Part shown: in pieces, positions 1-9,959 of the stretch
How positions within the stretch are numbered: the first letter of the stretch is position 1
Layout: each line of letters starts with the position of its first letter
Source of the DNA: Octopus sinensis
Taxonomy: Eukaryota
Direction of reading: 5' to 3'
Assembly: GCF_006345805.1 (NCBI RefSeq)
Contig: NC_043000.1
Coordinates: forward strand, 70,990,001-71,054,000
DNA: 64,000 nt
Made by a program: the position numbers and the translations under genes
Notes under the pieces: model-generated
Database searches by the model: none
What the model was told of the DNA's origin: nothing
What the model saw: only the letters and a program-made list of their open reading frames with translations

Positions 1-396
1 CTTGACCCAGGGCAGCACTAGCCCCTCCAGGCACTTGTTGAGTCTGAGGCTGTGTGGGAAGATGAATGGAGATATAATGTCACCATCACTAGTGATTACT
101 CTAAACACCAAGAAGTTGACTGGATGTTTGATTTTTAGCACTCTCAGTACATGTCCTCAGATTGACACCCAAACACTCTGAAATGTTTGTATTGGAGCTT
201 CCAATGGGAATACCAATCATTACAGCATGTTGTTTCCAAATTTCTGGCAGGGTGAATTGCATCGTGGTGCTGTTTTTCTCACAGACCATGCCCAACTGAC
301 CCTACTACACTGTGTAGCTGACAAAATCAAAAACAAACACTGCGCATGTGTGAAATTAATAATATGGAATGGCAGCAATTCACCCATTGCACCCTG
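1..396 (-). mobile_element. Tc1/mariner (IS630-like) transposon, degenerate 5' part; runs off the window
   Basis: Minus-strand translation of 1-131 gives KHPVNFLVFRVITSDGDIISPFIFPHSLRLNKCLEGLVLPWVK, typical of Tc1/mariner DDE-domain N-terminal motifs. The minus-strand terminus reads TA|CAGGGTGCAATGGG at 398-383. Confidence 0.75.
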
Positions 397-439
397 TATA
401 TATATGTATGTGTGTGCATGTGTATATATATACATATAT

Positions 440-745
440 ATCATTATCATCGTTTTCCGCGCTAGCACGAGTTGGACGGTTCGACGGGGTCTGGGGAGTC
501 AGGGGCTGCTCCAGGCTCCAGTCTGATCTGGCAGTGTTTCTACAGCTGGATGCCCTTCCTAACGCCAACCACTCCGCGAGTGTAGTGGGTGCTTTTTACG
601 TGCCACCTGCACAGGTGCCAGAAGTGTCTGGCACCGGCCACGATCGGTTGGTGCTTTTTATGTGCCACCGGCACAGAAGCCAGTCGTGGCGGTGCTATCA
701 TCAGCTACGTTCGGAGGGTGCTTTTTATGTGCCACCGACGCATAA
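440..745 (-). mobile_element. RTE-LINE 3' UTR / RTE-tail repeat (5'-truncated)
   Basis: Reverse complement of the 3' tail of the RTE element at 40480-41080 (GGAAGGGCATCCAGC..., GCACC/GGCACGTAAAA units, simple-repeat tail). Confidence 0.8.
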
Positions 746-809
746 AATATATATATATATATATATTAAATATATGAAATTGAAATCAAAATCGAAATCA
801 AATTCGATA

Positions 810-1296
810 ACTGGTGGACCGCTAAGAGTACCATACGAGTGTGATCGTTGCCAGAGCAACAAGCTGGCCTCCGTGCTGGGAGCGCTAAGAGTACCATATG
901 AGTGTGATCGTTGCCAGAGCAACAAGTTGGCCTCCGTGCCGGTGGCACGTAAAAAACATCATTCGAGCATGACTGTTACCTTTGTCACCTTACTGGCACT
1001 TGTGCTGGTGGCATGTGAAAAAACATTCGAGCGAGGTTGTTGCCAGTGCCACTGGACTGGCTCCTGTGCAGGTGGCACATAAAAAATACCATTTGAGAGT
1101 GGCTGTTGCCAGTACCGTCTGGCAACAGCATGTAAAAGCACCCACTACACTCTCGGAGTGGTTGGCGTTAGGAAGGGCATCCAGCTGTATAAACTCTGCC
1201 AGATCAGACTGGAGTCTGGTGCAGCCATCTGGTCTGCCAGACCTCAGTCAAATCGTTCAACCCATGCTAGCATGGAAATTGGACGTTAAACGATGA

Positions 1297-1300
<4 letters not shown>
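810..1300 (+). mobile_element. RTE-LINE 3' UTR / RTE-tail repeat with an internal 56-bp tandem duplication (821-876, 884-939)
   Basis: Same family as 40480-41080. Ends GGACGTTAAACGATGATGAT followed by (AT)n. Lies back-to-back with the minus copy at 440-745. Confidence 0.8.
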
Positions 1301-1346
<46 letters not shown>

Positions 1347-1797
1347 ACAAAACTAGATATTTTCTGTGCATAACATATGTGTATGTGTGTGTGTGTGTGT
1401 GTGTGTGTTTGTCTCCCTCTACCACTTGATAACTGGTGTTGGTGTATTTACATCCCTGTAACTTAGCAGTTTGGCAAAAGAAACCGACAGAATAAGTACT
1501 AGGCTTAGCAAAACCAATAATATAATGCACAATTAAGATGTTTTCATGGTGAAATTAATAAATACAGTATCAACACTTTTTTCACAAATTAGAAAGAACA
1601 AAAGAATTTAGCAATCCAACATAAAACTAATAGGAATATTATAAATTTTGAGTGCATAAAGGCTACAAAAAAATTGTGTATCTAAATCAGTATAATCATT
1701 CTGAGGTAAATATATTTTGTTTGAGAATCAAAATAGAATACGTAAATTATTAGCTGTTTCTTTCCAAACTTCAAATCAAACATAATTTTTTTTCTTT

Positions 1798-2160
1798 TTT
1801 TATACTTGTTTCAGTCATTTGACTGTGGTCATGCTGGAGCACCGCCTTTAGTTGCACAAACCCTAGGATTTATATTCTCTGTAAGCCTAGTACTTATTCT
1901 ATCGTACTTTTTGGCTGAACTGCTAAGTTACAGGGATGTAAACACAGCAACATTGGTTGTCAAGCAATGGTGAAGGGCCAAACACAGACACATAGATACA
2001 TACATATTTCAGTTTCCATCTACCAAATCCACTCACAATGCTTTGGTTGGCCCAAGGCCATAGTAGAAGACATTTTCCCAAGGTGCTATGCAGTGGAACT
2101 GAACCTAGAACCATGTGGTTGAGAAGCAAGCTTTTTACCACATAGCCACTCCTGTGCCTA
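1798..2160 (-). mobile_element. tRNA-derived SINE (octopus OK-like family)
   Basis: Reverse complement of the family seen at 31295-31710 and 35205-35620 (GTGGCTATGTGGTAAAAAG... head; GGCGGTGCTCCAGCATG...ACTGAAACAAGTA tail). Confidence 0.75.
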
Positions 2161-2581
2161 TCTGTGTATACTTAACAAATATAGAGGATTTGTTGTAGAC
2201 AAATAAATCACTAACAGTAGAAACGTTCCAAGAGATAGATGTAATATTTAAAACAAGTGACACAAATGAATTCCTATAAATTTCAAAGAAACTCTCAGTG
2301 ACTTAAATATCCACAGTAAGAGTAAAGTAATTACACTTAGGCAGCTATTTTAAGAAACACTACAATGTTAACAGAAAGGCTTTCAAGTATAAAGAGATCC
2401 TGGTACAGTAGAATAGTAATAGCAAAAAGCCTACATTGTCTAAAACAAAATGCAGTTTGGTCAATGCATAAAAAAGCAAAAGCTATATAAAGCAGGTTAA
2501 TGCATATGAAAACAAAAGGCAATCTAAAAAACAAGTGTTGTTAGTGAAAAAACATTGAATAAAAGCACAATACCAACTCAC

Positions 2582-2698
2582 CAGTTTAATATTTGTTGTC
2601 CAGCCATTAAAACCAAAGTAGAAATTTGCCATATCATAGCATCTATTCAAAGAAAGGTGCTCTAAGGTAAATATATTTTTTCTCTTGGCAGTTACAAT
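2582..2698 (-). CDS. RDM1: RDM1 (RAD52 motif-containing protein 1) coding exon 3
   Basis: ttgtag|ATT...CTG|gtgagt, 117 nt, phase 0/0. Encodes IVTAKRKNIFTLEHLSLNRCYDMANFYFGFNGWTTNIKL; C-x3-AN(F/Y)YFGFNGW is the RAD52-like RD motif of RDM1. Downstream exons were not found in the window. Confidence 0.88.
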
Positions 2699-3259
2699 CT
2701 ACAATAAAATTTTAAAATCCCATTCTTCATCATCATTATTTGGTAAATGCTTCAAAAAATATATTTTGCTTGTTAACTTTACTTCAAAAAGTTTTTGTAT
2801 TTTTTGAGATTAAACTTTAATCAGACTGTCAGTTCACAATTTTATTTCAAACAGTTTTTCCTGATGATCCTGATAACATGTTCGTATTACATATGTTAGC
2901 TTTTCTTAAAATCTCATCAGTGTCTGATATCTTTAATAACCTGCAGTTTTCTTAGACTAAATTTGATTTATTTTTCAGACTTATACAACACCCCATTAAA
3001 TAATATTCTGCATACAGTATATACAATTCTCAATTCTAATTTCTCGACTCTGCCTATCCTTATACCAATTATGTATTATACAACTTATGATGACAGCTCC
3101 TTTCCATTAAGTTACTAATATGTCATCAACTGCAATGTTTTTTAATCATTAAATTAAGAGATCAACGACTTTAACCACCTACTAGAATTAGTTTTAACAC
3201 CAAGTTTAAAATATCAAAATCTAAATTAGCAAGTAAATAGTAGTTAAATTTATTCTTGC

Positions 3260-3493
3260 CTTGCATTGTTGTCCACCAATATATAAGTTACAGTTTAGAT
3301 TTCTCCGAGCACTTTGACTTGCTTTGATAGAATAATACTTCACAAAGGCATAGGCATTATTATTATTAGAAACAGAGTCATTCTTCCCAGCATGTGACAC
3401 GTGTTCATACTGTACTGGTTGCTGATTTGTATTGGAGAATAGCTGAATTTCATAGAGAAGACCAAATGCAGAGAATTTCTCATAAAGAATATC
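3260..3493 (-). CDS. RDM1: RDM1 coding exon 2 (RRM domain)
   Basis: ttttag|GAT...AAG|gcaaga, 234 nt open. Encodes DILYEKFSAFGLLYEIQLF...AYAFVKYYSIKASQSARRNLNCNLYIGGQQCK, matching RDM1 RRM motifs (FSxFGLLY; YAxVKxYS). The donor is GC. Confidence 0.88.
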
Positions 3494-3834
3494 CTAAAAT
3501 AAAGAGAAATTAATAAATCTTATAGCATTTTGTTTATACAGACATTGCATTTTCTCACATAATTTTGTTTAACTACACAACTTCCTATATATGCATATCC
3601 TCATTGTTTTTCATTTTAAAGTGCACTTTTCCATGCTTGCATAGGTCAGACAAAATTTGTTGATGTAAATATTCTATGATCAGATATTCTGTTGCTACCT
3701 CTCACCTATTTTCAAGAAAAATAATATTTCCTCTAGTCTTTTGAACTCAAACAGTATAATGGCTGAACATGATTTCATGTAAGATTGCAAATGAACAACA
3801 TTCCTTATATGATAGTGACATTCATTTACAACCA

Positions 3835-4245
3835 ATGCATGAGCCTAAGCCAAGGAAGCACACACAGAGGATGCTAAACCTTTCAGATGAGATGACAAAG
3901 GACCAAGATACCAGACACTTTACTGTACTTAAGAAGACCTGTCCTTCACAGCAGAAGCCTTAAGGCCACTCTCCTTGCTGAAGAGGATTGGCCTGCAAGA
4001 GTCCTGTGATGGTGCCATATAAAAAGCACTTGTATCTGTGCTATGTAGAAGCACTTGTGAGGTGCCACATTAAAAGCATCCCGCAAACACTGTAAAGTGG
4101 TTGGTGTTAGGAAGGTCATCCAGCCATAGAAACCAAGCCAAATCAGACTGGAACCTGGTGCAGCTCTCCCGCTCAGGTCAAACTGCCCAACCCATGCCAG
4201 CATGGAAAACGGACGTTAAAGGATGATGATAATGATGATGATATA
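3835..4245 (+). mobile_element. RTE-LINE 3' end, degenerate
   Basis: Translation ...PRKHTQRMLNLSDEMTKDQDTRHFTVLKKTCP resembles the RTE ORF2 C-terminus. It is followed by the RTE-tail repeat and (GAT)n. Confidence 0.7.
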
Positions 4246-4494
4246 TATACCAATAACGTTCTTTTTTTTTCAGCTTCCATCTACCAAATCCATCAAAAGG
4301 TTTTGGTTGCCCCTGGCCTATAGTAAAAGGTACTTGTCCAAGGTACAATGCAACAGGACAATTGGAAACTATGTGGCTAGGAAGTGAACTTAACCACACA
4401 GCATTCTGCCATGCCAACATCTATGGTCATACCTGCACCTTCCCACCTGTATGTCTACTCAACTGTTGCAAGAAAGGACATTACATTGTAATGG

Positions 4495-5138
4495 CGAAGG
4501 GGATGATGATGGCTGCATGAACAAGTGCCAAGGGCTCAAATGAATGGTGCCTGTAGAAGAGGGAGACCAAATAAGACTTGTGATGAAGACATGAAAAATG
4601 ATCCCAAGATACTGTATATAATGATTATAGACTGGCGATATAATATGTTGCAGAAAATTTGAGTTCTCACATGTTTGCTAAAATACCCACTTCTACCTCT
4701 TGCCTCTTTTATACTCTCACACCTCCCCACTAGCACTTCTCCTATCTACCATACCTATACTATCATCTCCCCATCGACTCTTCTACTCATTATATATATA
4801 AATACAAATAAATGGGAGAAAAGGATTCAACCTGTGTATATTAAATTCCTATTTCTCTTTGTACCTATCTTATAGCCCATTCCCACATCTTCCCAGCATC
4901 TCTTCTCTTACTCACAATGCCATATCCCTCAATTTATGTATTTTGAATCCCCCCTGCCTCCACCACTCAAATCCTGCTACTCCTCCTTCTATCCTTCTGT
5001 ATCATGATGCTTGAGTGGAGAGGGGAGGGACTATACTCTATTACTTTGAAAACAGCTCTGGCACTCTCTCCACTACCATCCTCTCACAACAGTAAATCCG
5101 TTCTTTCTATCTAACTGTAATTTCTCCCAACAACTTTG
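4495..5138 (+). mobile_element. RTE-LINE C-terminal fragment plus pyrimidine-rich 3' UTR
   Basis: DDDGCMNKCQGL...CRRGRPNKTCDEDMKND resembles the RTE C-terminus (GRGRPRKTW). It is followed by a CT-rich tail that ends at the hAT left TIR. Confidence 0.6.
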
Positions 5139-8100
5139 CAGTGGCAGATCTACCATAAAACTAATGAAGCTTAAGCTTAGGGCCCCTAATCCTGGAGGGG
5201 CCCCTCTGAAGCAACTTAAGTTTTTCATTCTGTCAATTTTTTTTTTTTTTTTTTATTTTGTCATGCAGATAACTGTTATCAGTCTTAGTTGACAAAGTCA
5301 TCTCATACTCCTACGCAGAGTCTAGACTCACAGTGTCTAGCCATGAGTTGTTCACCTGCTGTTTCTGCCGGTGTGGAGTAGCATAAAAAATAAAAGTACA
5401 AACGACTCGCAGATAATTCGCCTTCAATTATTTTGGAAACTTTGGCCCTGTCCCTCCCTTTGTCAAATATGTCTACTACTTCATCAACACAGTAGAGATA
5501 AGAATTCTTATTTTCACACCATTATTTAATGACCAATGAAAGGGTTTGCCTCCTAATTTTGGACTTACAATCTGCTCAGTAGCAAACCATTTTTTCTACT
5601 TTAAAAATTGTTTTAATATCACCTTGTACAAAATGAATAATTCTTCAATTATGACTTTAAATTAAGTTGTGGACTATCATGATCGATCTCCGTTTCGCTG
5701 TGGCTAATGAAAGTATTATGCCATTTTTTATTTTCACAGAGGTCTAGGCCCCAAGAGGAATAGCAATGTCTTCAAGAAAGTACTGAAGCAGATCCCAGAA
5801 ATACCAACTCAAGGAAAGTAATATAACAAAATTTCTAAATATCAAAAACTATCAAATTATTTTACAATGTCAAGTAAAAGTTTGTCATCACTTGCAACTG
5901 AAACAAGCCATGAAAGTACCAGTAAAGTCAATGATAGAGCACAAACCATGAGTGCTCTGTTTAGCAATAATCAACCTACTGTTGACACTTTTGGTGCAGA
6001 TGTTGATCATGGCGGTCAAGAACTTTGAGAAAAGAGAGAGCAGAAACAGGAAACAGTTGCAAATTTTGTGATTTCAAAGAATACAGTGACCTGGCAAACT
6101 GCCCATAACAATTAATAATGATTTCATACAAAACTGTTTAATGCAAGACATCAGTTTTTCTCTTTTTTCAAAAAAAAAACAGGTAATGTATATACTGAAT
6201 TCAACAAGACTTACAAACAGCAAAATGAAAGTTTCTCAACCAAGTACTATTTTGAAGTATTAAAAAGAATTGTAGCAGTTATAAAGTTTTTAAGTAAAAG
6301 ATGTTTAGCATTTAGAGGTCATGAGGAAAAGTGGGGTTCCCCAAACAATGGAAATTTCATGGAAGCTAATAAGCTTATTTGCAGTGTTTGACCAATTTTT
6401 ACATGAACATTTAGAGAAGTGTAAAAATGAAAAAATAAATATTACTTACCTATCCAAATCCATGCATGAAGAATTGATAGAAATCATGGGAAAACATGTG
6501 AAAGATGAAGTGGTGAATCAGATCAACAACCTAGACATCAAATACTAATCAATTACTGTTGACTCTACACCTGATGTGTTGACCAGCTGGTAATTGTAGT
6601 TCAATACTGTTATAATCTCTGTGAGAGATTTCTAACATTTTTGCCAACAGAAAACTATTCATCCATGACCTTGTTCAACAAAATAACACAATTACTGAAG
6701 GAACATAAGTTTTCATTTGAAAATATCCGTGGTCAGTTGTACGATAATGCATCCAACATGAAGGGCTCAGAGAAAGGCTGCAAGCACTTCTTAAACACAT
6801 TAACAGGTATGCAGACTATGTACCATGTGCAAGCCATTCACTCAACCTTGTTTGGTAAAAGGCAGTGTCTACTGTACCTGAAGTTGTTGTCTATTTTGGC
6901 ACCTTGCAGCAGTTGTATGTTTTATTTTCTGAATCTCCTTGAAGACGGGGATTTTAAACACACAGGGCAATCTAGCCTTTTCTCTAAAGAGATTAAGTGT
7001 AACTTGATGGTCTGCACAGTCCAGCCAATTAAAAATGAAGCAGTCCAGCAATTAAAAATGGATATAGGGATATTTTACAAACTCCCAAACATGTTTGAAA
7101 ACTCATCAGAGAAGCCTGAATGTAAGTGAGATGCAAAGAATTTATACCATAAGTTGGTAAAATTGGAATATGCTTTTTTTAACAGTCATTTGAGAAGTTA
7201 TGGAGCATTTTAACAAAACAAGTAAGAAACTCCAAACACCTGGTTCTGATGTATTTGAAGGTTACCCTCTGCTAGTAGCTATGCTTTCATTTGTTAAAGA
7301 ACTACAAGAAAATTAAGCTGACAGGATTGCACAGTATGAATCAGTAGCAAAAGGTTTTATGTGAATACATCACCTCAAATTATTCTGATGTTTCCAAACA
7401 CATTGCTATGAAGAGATTTGCAGATGGAACAAGAGATAGGGCTTCTTTGAAAGGGGCTGAAAAATTTAGGATAGAAGTTCTAAATCAAGTCTATGACTGC
7501 TTGATAATCCAGTTAAGCAAGAGGATAGACCCACATGGGCAGATTGCGAAAAGGTTTAAGTTTCTCTCAGAATTGATGGACAATTCAGAATTTGATGAAA
7601 ACAGTATCAAACTTATAATATCGCATTACAAAGACAATATTGACTACAAATCAATAAATGAGTGTTATCAGTTCAAAGAGTATTTACAGCTTAGGAAATC
7701 CTAAAACACAGAAGAAAACACCAAGTAAAATGCAATGCACAAAAGTTCTTCAGCTTATCAATCAGCAACAATTAATTGAAGTGTCCTCTAATATTACCAC
7801 TGCACATAAGCTGTACTTGACAATGCCTATCACGAGCTGTGAAGCAGAGAGGAGTTCCTCAAAGCTTTCCTTTGTCAAGAATAAATTTTGGTCTACCATG
7901 ACTGAAGAGAGCTTAAATTCCTTATGCATATTGTCTCTAGAAAATGACATTACATGGAAGCTGTCATATGATAAAACTGTTGCTATAAAAAATTTTAAAA
8001 AAAACAGAACAAGGAGTATTTTGTAATTTTCACATGTAACTTAATGATGTATCATGCATGTATATAATGCTCCCTAATCTTCAACCCCCCCCCCCATAAC

Positions 8101-8410
8101 TCTAAAAGTATAAGGCATAGACTGGAAAATATGTGTAGTGATCTGCCATGAAAAAGCTACATCAACAAAGATATCGGTAATTACCCACACCTCGTTTCTG
8201 GTGGAAAGAGGGCTCACTTTCAGACTCATTTTTAAGGACTCCACGTTACAACTCCATCATTTAGGCAATCTGAGCCTCAAACTGGAGTTCCTTGCAAGGG
8301 CACGAAAATTCTTTGACCTTTGTTGGATGTTATCCTATTGCTGCTGGTTGTAAAGGGGGCCGCCATAACATTTTAAGCTTCAAGGCCTTAATATTGTAGA
8401 TCCGCCACTG
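5139..8410 (+). mobile_element. Full-length dead hAT DNA transposon (ZMYM1-like/DUF4371 plus hAT dimerisation transposase) in RDM1 intron 1
   Basis: TIRs are CAGTGGCAGATCTAC (5139-) and GTAGATCCGCCACTG (-8410), 14/15 match. Fragmented ORFs at 6321-8026 carry hAT motifs (LAFRGH, GQLYDNASNMKG, LYLTMPITSCEAERSSSKL). The 8-bp TSD is not clearly preserved (CAACTTTG vs TCACCTAG). Confidence 0.9.
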
Positions 8411-8620
8411 TCACCTAGTCATCATTTTCTTTCTTGTTCTCTCTGTCAATAGTGATAGCTATTTCGCTTCGCTTTGTAAGTTACAAGCTGATCTAATTAG
8501 TAATGGTGACACGGCAAAAGCATCTAACACATTCTCATCTTCTTATGGCCGGGTTCGAACCTGGGCCGCAGCAACATTGTCCGGCTGTCACACTTCTCAG
8601 TCAAACATCACTGCCTCGAG

Positions 8621-8987
8621 TGGGGTCATCTTTCAGTTTAGGGTGTTTAAAAAGTAAATAAAAATGAAGCATTTTCACTCACGAAGTGATTGTGCACCAG
8701 AACTTTGTGATCCCTCAAAAATGAGAAAGTCCACGCGCAAAATGTGGAGAATATGTGGATGGGGGTGAAAAGAAAATTAGGACGACAATTTGGAACGTCG
8801 GACAATTTATTTGTGGCATATTTACTCGAATACATATGGAGGAATTCTGCCCCCCGCCCCAACTTTATTTCACTTTTTGGTAGCTATAGCTCAGGTCTAC
8901 GTTGTTTAACAGTTGACTTATTTACCCCTTGTTATTTCTCCTTTCATTTTTATTTACTTTTTAAACACCCTAGACTGAAAGATTACC
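8621..8987 (+). mobile_element. Merlin/IS1595-type (ISXO2-like DDE) non-autonomous element (MITE)
   Basis: ~45-bp imperfect TIRs (GGT(C/A)ATCTTTCAGT(T/C)TAGGGTGTTTAAAAAGTAAATAAAAATGAA). An 8-bp direct repeat, GCCTCGAG, lies at 8613-8620 and 8988-8995. The internal peptide VHAQNVENMWMGVKRKLGRQFGTSDNLFVAYLLEYIWR matches the IS1595/Merlin transposase C-terminus. Confidence 0.75.
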
Positions 8988-9506
8988 GCCTCGAGGTTCT
9001 GGATACATTGCAGACCAGTGTCTGCGATCAAGTTGTCGCTGTCACAAACTGAATATTATTAAAAACTTCAATTACTAAGGTACTTGCGGGAGCAATTCGG
9101 AAGCAGACATTAACATCACAAAGGCACAAGCATGGACAGCGTGCTACAAACTAACACACTCTGTTAATCTTGCCGAATGCAAAACCACATCAGTAGCGCT
9201 GGTGCCACGAAAAACAGCACTCAATACACTCTATAAAAGGCTTAGTTTCAGGAAGGGCAACCAAATGTAGAACCAAGCCAAAATTGGAGCAAGACATGGT
9301 CCTCTGTGATTCGTAGAATCCTGTTGAGCTATTCATGCCAACATAGAAAGCGGACGTAAAATAAGAATAACACACACAAACCACGATTCAGAAAACGACA
9401 TTATGTGAACATGGAAAACAATTGCTTACTTTTTAAAACAACCTCATTCACTTTATGTAAATATTGAATAAAAATAGTGGATACTAAAATTCTAAAATCG
9501 ACTTAC

Positions 9507-9608
9507 GTAGATATCAGCTGGTGGTAATGACAGCGGTATATTAGATACAAACAAGTTTTTCCGATTAGAATGTGGCGGGCAGAACTCAATTATTTCAATG
9601 TCGTTCAT
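9507..9608 (-). CDS. RDM1: RDM1 coding exon 1
   Basis: ATG at 9608; encodes MNDIEIIEFCPPHSNRKNLFVSNIPLSLPPADIY, then a perfect donor |gtaagt in phase 0 joining exon 2. Contains an RNP2-like NLFVSNI. Confidence 0.85.
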
Positions 9609-9959
9609 GATTTGTCAATACTAATTGAATAAATAAAAACGCGCCCAAGGGAAATAACTCTAAGTTAAGAATGAAATTTCGTAACTTGAGATAATTAAGA
9701 TCAACAACTACATGGAAATTCTATTCTCTTTTAACCTGTAATACCTCTCTGTACTTCTTTTTCGCATATATCTTGGCATATTCTTACATAACCTTTTGAA
9801 TATAAACATACTCTTGGTTGCCCTTCGTGAGGATGGACAAATCTGGAGATTTGTTAAGACTGGTGAAACGTAGAAGAGAGATACCAGCTGGTCTGAGTGC
9901 TCTCTACCCACAATAACTGAAACTGGAAAAAAAATTACAGCAACTCTGGGAAACTAAAC

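Noticed and set aside
369-1082. 237-aa ORF near the window start
   Set aside because: Reads through two oppositely oriented RTE-tail repeats and (TA)n; not protein-like.
8540-8605. Possible tRNA gene (GGTTCGAACCC T-arm on the minus strand); similar heads at 60305-60375 and 31297-31360
   Set aside because: No complete cloverleaf or acceptor stem; these are best read as SINE heads or remnants.
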